Shown in pieces: positions 24,301 to 36,083 of a stretch of 64,000 nucleotides of DNA. Within the stretch, counting starts at the first letter, position 1. Each line of letters starts with the position of its first letter. This DNA comes from Paecilomyces variotii (lineage: Eukaryota): assembly GCA_004022145.1 (NCBI GenBank), contig RCNU01000003.1. One strand, given 5' to 3'. Under the pieces are notes generated by a model, which was not told where the DNA came from, ran no database searches, and saw only the letters and a list, made by a program, of their open reading frames with translations. A program made the translations under genes and the position numbers.

Positions 24301-24640
24301 ACAAGAAGACGATCAAACGGTTGGCTTTTCTCCAATCTTGATGAACTGTTAATTGCCTTACCTGATACCCAGTTTTCTGGCATGCTAGCATGAAAATGAA
24401 ATAGCGCACATCGTTGCTTCCCATATAAGCCAGCGTCTCCCGGGATTGTGCCGGCCCAATAGTGTTCTCAATCCACCAACTCATGAGGTTCACTGCTTGT
24501 GCCAGATCCTTCATCGATAGATCACGGAAGCCACTGGTCAGCTCTGATCCTTGCGGAATCACCGCGAACAGTTTGTCAGGAGTCTTCTCAGCAAGACGGT
24601 CGAGGGTTGTTGCGAGGAGTCTTTTCCTTTTAGTCTCCAT
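21342..24640 (-). CDS. NRPS-like carboxylic-acid reductase (A-T-R), 4 exons
   Basis: IIHSSGTTG|MPKP, PFFHGMG and GRKDDVIVLSNGEKFNP (adenylation); GLDSL (phosphopantetheine Ser); TGSTGSLG, HNAWKVDFN and GYAESK (SDR reductase). Confidence 0.92.
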
Positions 24641-24876
24641 GCTGTCTGTGGGCTTTAACAAATTAATTGCTTTCAGAAATAAATGCTGTTTATTATGCAA
24701 ATGGTGGAGAAATCGTAAATGAACCAGTGTGTGTGACTCGGAATCGCCTCTCTTGAAGGGGTCATTCTCATGAGTTATATAGTTATGGTAAGGCAACCCA
24801 TCCTCCGGCGGTTGGTCCAAACTACTAGGCATCTTCCGTTTCAACCGGCATGTCGAGCACATCGAGTGGTAGTTGT

Positions 24877-25177
24877 GAAGCCAAAATTAGGCATAACTAG
24901 TGATGTTCAGGCTAGTCAGTGAATAACTAAGAAGTTAATCCTCAAATAAGCTGCATAAGCTGGCGTCAAACGAGAAAAGATCTGCGCATCGTATCAGTGT
25001 TAGGAAGCCCGTGCGCGGGTGAGTCTTAGACAGTAGACTAAGAGAAAGGATTATAAGGTTTCTGACAACACGAGGCTCGAGAATCAAATCAAGATAACGA
25101 GTCATCTGCGTCATCTGAGTCATCTTACAGGTAGCCGCAGAAATGTGTCGGATTGCCATGGTTTGTGGTTGTCTCAG
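24877..25177 (+). repeat. ~300-bp diverged direct repeat, copy 1 (copy 2 at 29395-29704)
   Basis: Shared colinear blocks gaagccaaaatt, gatgttcaggcta, gctggcgtcaaacgagaaa, gatctgcgcatcgtatc, ggaagcccgtgcgcgggt, gaatcaaatcaaga, ctgagtcatcttacaggt and tgtggttgtctcag. Confidence 0.9.
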
Positions 25178-25629
25178 AAACACAAAAGCGGCTTTTAATG
25201 TCACTGAAATCGCGGCTCTGGATATCAGGGTAATCAACCAGGCCGTCCCAATACTTACCCGGGTGCATTCGAGACGTCCATGCGCATTATCGTAATTTCT
25301 ATGTCCCTTCTAGCGAGAGTAAGATCGAAATCAAATAAAGAAATCATACACTCGTGAGGTAGCAGTTCGTTTGCCCATTTTGTCCTCTGGCACATGTTGA
25401 TCTACAGCAATGGAAGATATTTCGTTAGAAGAAAACCGCGACGCGCTGAACGTTCTGACTCACCTCTGGATACTTCAAGAGATATTGCCCTCACAAACCT
25501 GTTCCTGGCGCACTGTGGAAGGTCTCAGGTTAGTTACCGTCCCCTGAAAAATCAACAGGAGACTTCAAAGCTCTTCCTGGCTTACGATATCCGGAATTTC
25601 CACGATTGTTCCTTGGACGCCTCGCTCCA

Positions 25630-27515
25630 TTACTCGGAAACATCATTGAATGTTATCACTGAGCAGACAACTCTGACTGTATGAACCTTGTCCTGGGGAT
25701 CGTCTAAAGTATCTGTAGGGCAATCCACGAAGACAAAAGGTTCAGGCCCTCCATCTCGCTTCCTTAGTGTCAATACGGCACAGGAGTCCTTGGCGATAAG
25801 CACAAAACCAAGCCCGGTCTGGCTGGGATTCATGGAACCTTGAGTTGCAGCACCCCCAAACGTCGTCATACCCCATTGTTGTTGTGTCGGTTTCCAGGGG
25901 GGTATTCCGATGGGACCAAGTAGTCAAGTGGTTAGTGGTACGAGTGAAAAGTCAGCGCTGGAGATGTTGAATGCAGAGCTATCCGTGATAGCCCCCAGCG
26001 CGTTGAGGTTCGTATCGTCCAGATCAATGGCCCATACCATTAAACCATTAAGGCCTATCTTGTTTGCGTACTCGATCTTGGCCGCGAAAGTAGTAGCGTC
26101 GTCGAACCTAAGACAGTGTTAGGTTTGATATCTTTATAAAAGAAAGGGCACTTGCGAGACCCAGTTTTTGCCGTTGTATACCATATAACTCACAGCGGCC
26201 GTCGTATTTACATACGGCGTCGGGCCGGTGCTTGTTATGATCTACATAATCTCTAGAAAGTGAAGCCCCTTGTGAGAACGAGGATCACTGGTTTCGGTCT
26301 TTGATGATTTACTTTCCACGATAAGAGAAGGTTCCAGGCGTACCTGTGAATGAATGCGCACCCTGGCTTCCAGCACGAGCCATCAGTGAGCTCGTACGTG
26401 CGTCCATAGAAACCCAGTCTCAAGACGATGTCAGAAGGAGGGACATTAGCACGCCAGAACTGATAGAGTGAGTGGTATTCATCAGTTATAACATATTGAT
26501 AAGCTTTTCTAATGGAGTATTACACCCCAAGTCTAGTACGAGACTGATTTCGGTCAGGTTTTTATGAGCAAAAACCTCAGAATCGATGTAAACGTCGGTG
26601 GCATCCCACACCACATGGAGATCGTACGACATCATATTTACCCAGTCAACATAGGGAACCATACCAGTCATGTCAAAGTTCTGGAGATACCAGTATGAAG
26701 TCGGCGCTGTGAAGGTAACAATGTAGTCCTTGCCGCAGGTATCTATCGCCGTACACAATTCTTGCAGGAGAAGTGCGTAGTTGACTCCATCTTCCTGGCG
26801 GCTGCCGCGGTCGCCTGCGCCCGGGTACTCCCAGTCGAAGTCGATACCATCATACCCATACTGGCCCAGCCAGGCTATCCCATTTTGAATGAAGGTAGCC
26901 CGGTTTTCTATGCTCGAGACCATGCTTGTAAAAATCTCCTGGGTTGGTCCAGCATCCGTCAAGTCCCAACCGCAGACCGATATAATCGAATTGAGATCCG
27001 GGTTCTTGGACTTCAAATTGCCAACGTTCTGATATATAGCCGCTGATACATCAGGCATAGTGGTTAAGTCAAAGTCGGCTGAGATGGAGCCGAATGCCAC
27101 GTTCAGATGCGTGAGTATAGTGGCAGGGATCTGTCCTGGGGACATAGTACCCTACAAAGTCTTAGTGTCAGTATGAGGATCAAGAGAAGCAGCAGATAAT
27201 ATATCCGTACACATGGACTATTGCTATTCCAAGCCTCCCAATACCCCACGACTCGATTTTGGACACTGCTAGCTGGCACATCAGGCGATGGCTGCGTACA
27301 ATCTGACTGGCAACCAGTACCGCAGAACTCACTAGTAGTACCGCAAAAGCCGTACTGTGAGCAACAGACATTTAAGGGGCAGGTCTTTCCAGCGACGCTC
27401 GCTTGCATACTGTCCACACTCCGCTGTAGCATTGCAATTGGACTGGCGGCCGTCGCTGCAGTAGGTAGGCCCTTAGTCGCAACAGCCGCTAGAGCCACAG
27501 TTTCTGCTCCAGGTA
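25630..27515 (-). pseudogene. GH18 subgroup-C (killer-toxin-like) chitinase pseudogene with CBM18 domains
   Basis: [28 protein letters not shown] (CBM18), GYDGIDFDWEYPG (DxxDxDxE), MSYDLH and GLMVWAIDLDD. An in-frame TAA and a frameshift disrupt the first CBM18, there is a frameshift/deletion after CWKPGC, no signal peptide or start is visible, and the C-terminus is truncated. Confidence 0.85.
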
Positions 27516-27542
27516 ACAGTTATCGGATAGGGAAGATAATTT

Positions 27543-29096
27543 TCAGTCGAGCGTTTCTACCACCATATCGGTTGATATGAACGGGTATGGGTCTCTATCA
27601 ATGCCTTTCCCGGGAAATGGGTCAAGCCGATGGCCGTAATCAGCAAATGGATTCGCCCCTTCACCGTAGAAAAAGTCGTTGGCAGCCCTGTCTAAACAGC
27701 AATACCGCATTATCCCAACAGTTGGGACATGAACTTTTAGGAGTGGTCTTTCGCCTGTAGGACGCTCACGCCAGTCTAGCATGCTGCGCATGTCTGTAAA
27801 TAAGTCGTGCCAGTTGCCTCTTTCACCCGTGAAGGACAAGAAACTGAGTTCGATAGATCGTAATGTTGTTGGCAGCGCAGAAAGAGCAGATATCAAATCA
27901 TCTGATTGAACAAGAAACCCAGAAAGACCAAAATGGCGCAGTTTCTGCCATTTTTTGATAGGCATAATTGTTTGTAATGGGACAAAATGCTGAGCAAACT
28001 GCATACTTTGAGGAAAGCCATCACCCTCGACCTGACTATAATCAATCTGAGTCTGCAGGCTGACATGTTTGAGGTCTAATGCCTGGCTGAGGGCATATAG
28101 GAGGTGGCCGTTGCGAAAGGATGACCACCTTTGATCGTTGTAATATTGCCCATTGCAAGTCAGTGCCAGATCAATACGTTCAAATCCTGGTCGTCGGAGT
28201 AATGTCACAAGGTTATTATATTCTTCGCAAGGTCCGTCAAAGATACGGCAATTTAACCCAGTCTCGAGTATATGAGGGTCGATCACCAGCTCTAAGATTT
28301 CGTGATCGCGTATTTCTGCGAGTTCGCGAGTTAGAAGGCAGAAGGCCCGCCATTTAAGTCTTTCTCCCTCTTGATTCCACGGCGGCACAATATAGGGTAT
28401 AAGGCCCTTTTCCGGAAGTGGCCAAATGTGAAGATTTGAATAATCAAAATCATCCAAACGTGGGTAAGCATGGAGAATTGGGTAGTTCAAACCAGGTGGG
28501 AATGCACGAATCATTGGAGTCTCGTAGAGCGGGTGATCTAGAATTCCGTGGGCTGCAGGTGTAATAACAATCCTTCGCAATGCTGGAAAGCGCTGTAGGC
28601 CATATCTGAACGCCTCAACATCCGCCTCAGAGGCCAGCACATCTTGTTGTTGCTGTAGCAGTTGCTGATGGTAAGCCCACGATTCTTCGATTGGTAAATC
28701 AGGGTGTCTGCGTTGATTTCCTAAAAACTGCTCGGTGTTCCACCAGCAAACTTGGTCGAACCAGGCGGGGACACCTTCTGGAGGTAGAGGTCGATCCAAA
28801 TTCCACATACCCTCTCCCCGTTCAGGAATATGGTCCACTAATTGTACATCGTCCCAGATGACCTCGACGATATGATGGCGGAATTCTTCATCATCAGCAA
28901 TTGCGCGGAAAACTTCGATATTACGCGGATTGGCAGATAAGAAAACTCTTCTCAGGCGAAGATGGGCCCTCTCATTCAATATCTTGCTTGACAGACGAAG
29001 ATTCTTGATGTCTCGGTTTGGCAGGAATGATATCACTAGTCCAAATATCTCGGGGGAGAGATCCTGAACTTTTAACCCGGCATTAGGCCCCGGCAT
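27543..29096 (-). CDS. Intronless F-box-like protein (517 aa)
   Basis: N-terminal LSPEIFGLVISFLPNRDIKNLRLSSK F-box-like motif followed by leucine-rich repeat-like segments (FPALRRIVI, LKHVSL, LRHFGL, LRSIEL). Confidence 0.75.
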   Translation of the reverse strand: MPGPNAGLKVQDLSPEIFGLVISFLPNRDIKNLRLSSKILNERAHLRLRRVFLSANPRNIEVFRAIADDEEFRHHIVEVIWDDVQLVDHIPERGEGMWNLDRPLPPEGVPAWFDQVCWWNTEQFLGNQRRHPDLPIEESWAYHQQLLQQQQDVLASEADVEAFRYGLQRFPALRRIVITPAAHGILDHPLYETPMIRAFPPGLNYPILHAYPRLDDFDYSNLHIWPLPEKGLIPYIVPPWNQEGERLKWRAFCLLTRELAEIRDHEILELVIDPHILETGLNCRIFDGPCEEYNNLVTLLRRPGFERIDLALTCNGQYYNDQRWSSFRNGHLLYALSQALDLKHVSLQTQIDYSQVEGDGFPQSMQFAQHFVPLQTIMPIKKWQKLRHFGLSGFLVQSDDLISALSALPTTLRSIELSFLSFTGERGNWHDLFTDMRSMLDWRERPTGERPLLKVHVPTVGIMRYCCLDRAANDFFYGEGANPFADYGHRLDPFPGKGIDRDPYPFISTDMVVETLD

Positions 29097-29394
29097 TGTT
29101 GCAGACTTGTGTCTCTACCGAGAGGTCAATACACATACACGAAAGAAGCATGAAAGACACAAGAAACAACACGCCCTCGCGCTTGGACGTTTAAGGTCAC
29201 CTGACTGATTTTACCAACATCTGGTTTGGATTCAGCGGAATCAACCCGGTGGTACTAGTAGATGATGCAGTCAGCTTTCACAAGATTTGAAAATTGGTAA
29301 CGATAATAAGATGCAGAATTTTCTCTCGATATATACTGTACATTGCATATTATCGGATAAGAGAAGAAAGAGAGAAAGTTACTCAATAAAAAAA

Positions 29395-29704
29395 GAAGCC
29401 AAAATTGTGCATAAGTAGCGATGTTCAGGCTAAATACTTAGTGGTTCATTGAAGAGTTGATCCTCAAGTAGACTATATACCTACGCTGCATGAGCTGGCG
29501 TCAAACGAGAAACGATCTGCGCATCGTATCTATGCTAGGAAGCCCGTGCGCGGGTAAGTCTTAGAGTAAGAGAGGGTCATGAAGCCGCAGGATTATAGAG
29601 TTCCTTACAATTCGAAGCTCTAGAATCAAATCAAGACAACGAGTTCATTTACGTTATCTGAGTCATCTTACAGGTTAGATTGCCATAGCTTGTGGTTGTC
29701 TCAG
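29395..29704 (+). repeat. ~300-bp diverged direct repeat, copy 2
   Basis: Colinear similarity to 24877-25177 with several indels. Confidence 0.9.
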
Positions 29705-30226
29705 GACGCATCTTAGCGCTACTTCGATTTCCTCGAATATTTGTTGAGTACTTATGTTAATACGGGCGGTTATATCCCTTCGTTGGCTTGCTGGGATATA
29801 CCTCTTACATAATTCGATAAATCTTTAAGTTACTACATTGCATTCTCCTAGTTCTATCAAGATGGTGATGGGAGAGCAGAATTATACGGTCTACCTTCAA
29901 ACTTCTAAAGCCAATTGGAAGATGGGATAAGTAAACATATTATCCATAGCACGTTTCCGACAACTCTCTGGGAGGCTGACTTCTGTGCGTCGAATGGAGG
30001 TATTTTTCCTCTTCACAATGGAAAGAGTGGAGTGTACTTGCCGTGCCCGTTCCTTCCTACAATGCAGTTAACGCCTTCCTGGCTTTATCAGGCTTCACTT
30101 GTCCCTCTGTTCTTCTGCAGCATCTCTCCTCATTCTCATCTTCTCGTCTTTTCATTCAACTCTTCTCCCTTTGGTGCCCTCCCAAGTTCCATTTGGTCAT
30201 TTCGTCCACTCTCCAAATCTTCAAAA

Positions 30227-30744
30227 ATGATTGCCTCTATGATCATTGCTGCCTTTTCCATCATTGCAGCTGTGGCTGCACAGAACCTGGTCCCCCCATT
30301 GACTCTTCCCGATTGCCCGGTATGTGATTATGATAAGAGAATAGCTTGACCGGGTATGCTAACCATCTTATTGTTCTTATAGAGGAACTGCATTCTCAGT
30401 ATCTTACCCTCAGCTCCTTCTTTTGGCTGTCTCAGCGTCGACCCGGTTTGTCTCTGCAAGAGCACCGGCTATAACATGAGTCTCTTGAGCTGTGCCACTA
30501 CGCTGTGTTCTTCCGCCGAAGTCACTCAGCTGATTAATTACGAAAATGGGTGGTGTGACTTAGTCGGTATGCATTTTCCTCATGGCCAGCCTAGAGTGAG
30601 TCCTAACAAGAAGAAGGCCTGGTCCCAACACCTACACCTTCTCTCCTACCTTTGCCTTTTCAGGGTACTACCGTCATTACGGCACTTAATGGAGCAAAGA
30701 CCCCCTCTCGTGCATCGAAGAACAGACTGCTGAGCGAAAAATAA
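30227..30744 (+). CDS. Small secreted CFEM-domain protein, 3 exons
   Basis: Signal peptide MIASMIIAAFSIIAAVAA. After intron 30320-30382 the eight-Cys pattern LPDCPRNCI...FGCLSVDPVCLCK...SCATTLC...WC appears, followed by a Pro/Thr-rich tail. The last exon boundary is uncertain. Confidence 0.75.
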
Positions 30745-31990
30745 GTCACTGGTAGGTAGGTTCTTGGTCGTGTTATGACCGCTGTCCTTTAGACGACCTG
30801 CTAACTCGTGAAGCTGTCCTCACGGCATATACTGATAGCCGAGAGTTTAAACCTCGATACTGTGACGTTCTCGTTCGGAATCTGCGGAGGAAAGTACTTA
30901 TATATATTACTGCTGTATCTGAAAGGCGAGGTTGTTCGGGGACTCCAAACTACATTTTATCATACATGTCAATACTATGTGTGAAGATCGAATAAGAGGC
31001 TACGGTGAGATATCATGTATGGCTACTGATGCAGTTCTCCGCTGAGACTGTCGAGCGAATATTTGCGATGATAGAACACTAGATATAACGATAACCGAAA
31101 CACATAAAGCATGTGCGTGCTGGCTTCTTACTTAATTTATGGTATAGTTATGCCCTCTACTGGCCAACTTGCTACATGTATATGTATTCAGTCTTATAAG
31201 TCATCCACAGTAGGTAGCATTACGTCTGCCCCTAACTGCTTTATCTCAACACGAGCTGCAGGAAGCCACTACACCCTGCATACGGAGTAAAGTGTCAGCA
31301 TTTAGCTGACCCATTGCGATATGAGCTGCAGTACGCCACGATTATTCGATAGTGGTTGGCATTCGGCCGCTCCATATTATTCCCTGTTAAGTAGTAAAGG
31401 GGCGGAAAGCACCTGCATATCCTGGATCGTAAAATAGGTGCTAGATCTCGATGTCCTCCCACCTTAGGGTTTAAGTAATCAAGATATTCTTCCCATTAAC
31501 TAAATTTTTAGTTTACTCACCGTACGTGAGTTCGGTATTCGACGTAAAGAATATAGGACAATGAAAATTAACCATCTCATTGAATCCCATAGGTCAAAGA
31601 AGACAGTCCGCATTGGGGGAATGCGCTGATAGTGGCGGAGGCAGCTCTCGGGCAGTGCTCAGGCTCTTTATACGTCTTAGGACATAAATAGGCGATAGAT
31701 TTCGGTAGCTCCTAGTAGTCAAGCGATCAAGATTTATTCTCCCGATTTCCTAGGTTTTGACGAACGCGGGGAGATGCCTGAAATCACGGTCACGTGGTCA
31801 ATTAAGCGGCGCGCGCGTCACGTCGCGTCTGGATAGCTCCGATCAGACAGGATTGCTGCCTCAGCTATAGTGCCTTTCTGAGATAGGAGCCTATTTTTTC
31901 TGGGGGTTATAATATCTTCTTTGACTCCTTTGATGTTTATTGATCCTTCTCTATGTGCTAGTCGATCTTGCTTGTTCGAGGCTAAGCTCT

Positions 31991-34900
31991 ATGCGCGGTC
32001 TCCGTATCACTCCGCTGAGCACGCCTCGATTCAGACCAGGAATTGCGTATCAATTTCGGGGAAAACCAATCTCTACTTCTATTGGAGCTTTATCATCGAG
32101 AATTCCGAGAATCTGTTCTCTTGTCGCTATCGAGAACTGCGCTCCGCATACCAGCACCAGTGCAATTGAAGCTCGCCGACACTTTACTATCAAAGCAACA
32201 GGAGACGCGCTTCTGCCGTCATTTAGATCTCCCGTCTTAAAAATGGCGGATAGGAAAGGTGGAAAGCAAGCAACACTGGGGTATGTCAGAGATTCACAAT
32301 CGACGATCGGGTGCGTTCCGGTTGGCTGCAAAAGCACAGTCATTGAAACGATGCGACATTGTCTCTACGTCGGGCGATAGTTTTGCTAATTCAATTGTGT
32401 TATCTGCACAGGAAGTTCTTTGGCTCCAGTGCAGCTTCGAAGGATGCGCCTAAGAGACAGACTACGCTGTCATTTTCAAATAATAGAAAGAAAGAAAAGG
32501 ACGGAGCTCCCCAAGATGCTGAAGAGGCAGTCGCTACGGAGACTAAGGTCGATGAGAATGCGACGAATGGAACCAATGATGTGAAAATGGAAGATGAGAT
32601 TGCGCCCGTGGATGCTGTTTCTTCATCCCCAGAGAAGGGCGTCAAGAGAGAAAAGAGCGCCGACGAAGAGAGCGAAGAATCAGATATTCAACCTGCGACT
32701 AAGCGCCGGAGAAAGAGCCCAGAAGGTCGCCGAAGAAATGGACGGAAGTCTTCACCAGCTGCTGAAAAGGCCGCCACGTCTCCAAAGAGGACTGTCAAAG
32801 CCACTACCACTGAGAAGGCTGTTGAAAAGGCCTCAGGCGAGGTGACCCCAGTGGAAGAAAGAGAAGAGATATCAGAGGTAGAGCAGGGCGAAGAACAATC
32901 CGTAAGTGAAGAAGAGGAGGAAGAGAAGCCAGAGCTGAAAAAGAAAGAGATCGAAAAGGTCCAGGCTACCTTGAAGAGCACTGGAAATGACCCCTATCCC
33001 GATTGGAAGCCAGGTGAACCCGTTCCTTACGCCGCTCTTTGTACAACTTTCTCTCTCATTGAAATGACTACGAAGCGTCTGATTATTTTAGCGCACTGTT
33101 CGCTGTTCTTGCGACAAGTGCTGCGACTTACCCCCAATGACCTGCTTCCCACTGTGCAGCTTATGATCAATAAGCTCGCAGCGGACTACGCCGGTATTGA
33201 GCTGGGAATCGGAGAATCGTTGATCATGAAAGCCATCGGCGAAAGTACCGGAAGAAGTCTAAAAGTTATCAAGGCAGATCAACATGAGATCGGAGATCTT
33301 GGACTGGTAGCTGCAAAAAGCAGATCGAACCAGCCTACCATGTTCAAACCGAAGCCGCTCACTGTGAGAGGCGTACACGAAGGCCTCCTTGCTATTGCCA
33401 AGGTACAAGGCCATGGTGCCCAGGACAAGAAGATATCTGGTATCAAGAAGCTCTTGTCGGCAGCTGATGCTGCTACCGCTGGAAAGGGCAGTGCTGGTAT
33501 TGACATCACGAAGAACAAGGGCGGACCCAGCGAGGCAAAGTATATTGTTAGATTCCTCGAAGGAAAGCTACGATTGGGCTTGGCTGAGAGGACCGTTCTC
33601 GTGGCTCTTGCCCAGGCGGTGGTCGCCCACGAAGCGGCTCTCAAAGGAGAGAAGCCCCCGAGTGCCGAGAAACTGGCCGAAGGAGAAGCTGTTCTGAAGA
33701 CTGTTTACAGTGAGCTTCCTTCCTACGAGGTCATTATCCCTGCCATGCTCGAGCACGGGATCTTCAAGCTTCCCGAAGTTTGCAAACTGCAGCCAGGCGT
33801 TCCCCTCAAGCCTATGCTTGCTAAGCCGACGAAGTCTATCACTGAAGTTCTGGATCGTTTCGAAGGCAAGGACTTTACTTGCGAGTACAAGTACGATGGA
33901 GAGAGAGCACAGATCCACTATGTCTCCGGCGATAGTATTCATGAGTATCCCGGCGCAACGACTTCTTTGAAGAAGGATGGGAAAGGGCTGTGTGCAATCT
34001 TCTCTCGAAACTCAGAGGATCTATCAAAGAAATATCCAGACATCCTGGAGAAGTTGGAGTCCTGGATCAAGCCGGGGACGAAAAGTTTTGTCGTTGACTG
34101 CGAGACTGTTGCTTGGGATATGGTCAACAAAAAGGTCCTGCCCTTCCAACAGCTGATGACAAGGAAGCGGAAAGACGTCAAGGCGGAGGATGTGAAGGTC
34201 AAGGTCTGCGTGTTTGCGTTCGATCTGCTGTTTTTGAATGGAGAGGTTAGTCTACCTAGAGTGATTGAGAGAAATGACTGTCGCTGATTGATTACAGCCA
34301 ACGGTCAAGAAAACGCTGCGCGAGCGTCGTGCCCTTTTGCACGATACCTTCCAGCCTGTCGAAGGCGAGTTTGCTTTCGCTCAGTATGGGAACACAAATG
34401 AACTCGAGGAGATCCAAAGCCTTCTGGACGAAAGCGTAAAGGCCTCGTGCGAAGGACTGATGGTGAAGATGCTGGATACTGATGAGAGTGGCTACGAGCC
34501 TAGCAAGCGGAGTCGAAACTGGCTAAAGGTACTTTATTCCATTCAAAACCAACACACAGACTCTAGTAAGCTCACTAACATCTTCCAACAGGTCAAGAAA
34601 GACTACCTTGCTGGAATCGGTGATTCCCTGGACCTGGTGGTTCTGGGCGCCTACTTTGGCCGTGGTAAACGAACCTCTGTATACGGTGCCTTCCTTCTCG
34701 CAGCCTACAACCCAAATACACAAAATTACGAAACAATCTGCAACATCGGTACGGGCTTTTCGGAAGCTCTCCTCGAAGAGCTCCATAAGGAACTCTCCCC
34801 ACTCGTCATCGACCGACCAAAGCCATTCTACTCCCACTCTAACGTCCCCAAGGACCAGCCAGACGTGTGGTTCGAACCTCGACTCGTGTGGGAGGTCAAG

Positions 34901-35137
34901 GCCGCCGACCTAACTCTTAGTCCAAGGTACAAGGCCGCAGCAGACGAAGTCATGGGAACAACCGGCGGCGGCAAGGGTATCTCACTCCGGTTCCCGCGAT
35001 ATATCAAGGCCCGTGACGACAAGAAACCCGAGCAGGCAACTACCACGAGGGCCGTCGCAGAGATGTACCAAAAGCAGGAGAGCGTGGCGAAAGAGAACGC
35101 TGGAAAGGGCGGTGTTGATGATGATTTCGAGTACTAG
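31991..35137 (+). CDS. CDC9: DNA ligase I (Cdc9/Cdc17); upstream ATG 31991 and downstream in-frame ATG 32243
   Basis: CEYKYDGERAQ adenylation motif, EGLMVK, WLK|VKKDY and SLRFPRY. N-terminal Q.TL(I)G.FF PIP-box-like motif. Confidence 0.96.
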
Positions 35138-35632
35138 CCTAACATGCAGTCAGCACGTCCGTATTTGTCCTCATCTAGTTGTTCATGATATCCAAGGTCT
35201 CCATTGTCATGCCTTTTTTTTTTTTTTCCTCGCGGTTTCATGCTTGATTCCATGTATTCTATCACTGATAACATATCATCGAATGATGATTGTGTAGTGT
35301 ATGTATGCCTTTTTTAAGAAGAATGAGATTCGATTAACGAGTGAACTAGTTATTCATGATAATATCTCTCTCGCAGTTTATGGTATTACCATGATCAAAT
35401 TGTAGACAATCAGCGAGAGCTCATCCACATTATTAACAGTGCTCGTATTGTGTGCTATTACTATTACTATAATTACTACTAGGTTAGACAGGATATACAA
35501 TCAGAATATCTTCCTGATTATATGTAGAACCAGATGGTTTATTTTGGGAAAAAAAAAAGGAATTCCACACAGAGGTATGCGAACAGATAATCTACAGATA
35601 CCAAAAAGGACATTCAAATTAGATTCCAATTC

Positions 35633-35635
<3 letters not shown>

Positions 35636-35673
<38 letters not shown>
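35636..35673 (+). repeat. Poly(A) tract (38 nt) between the convergent CDC9 and CEG1 3' ends
   Basis: Uninterrupted A run. Confidence 0.9.
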
Positions 35674-35677
<4 letters not shown>

Positions 35678-36083
35678 TAGAACTGAATTGAATTTCAACG
35701 CAGTATTCCGCCACCGATCCGATGTTTTTATTGCCCGCCTACCCTGTTATCCTCGTGCACCATAGAAAAATCAAAATGATAAAAAGAAAAGGGAGGAAGG
35801 GATGGATATATGCGGTTCTGGATTCCTTGAGTACCATAAATGGAGAAAAGAGGACGAAGTCAATGATATAAAAAAAAAATGATGAATATAATGAGGATCC
35901 TATCCATGAACGCCGGGCACCTTGCATTTGCGAATTGGCAATTCGAGAAATGAGTTTACACATGGTATTGAGTTGTTTGGGGGAAAAATTGGGGGGCTCG
36001 GTATAGGAGTCGAGAGAGAGGGAAGGGATCTGTGAGACCAAAAAAAAAAAAAAAAAGAAACTGTCTTCTGATCTTCTCTTCTC

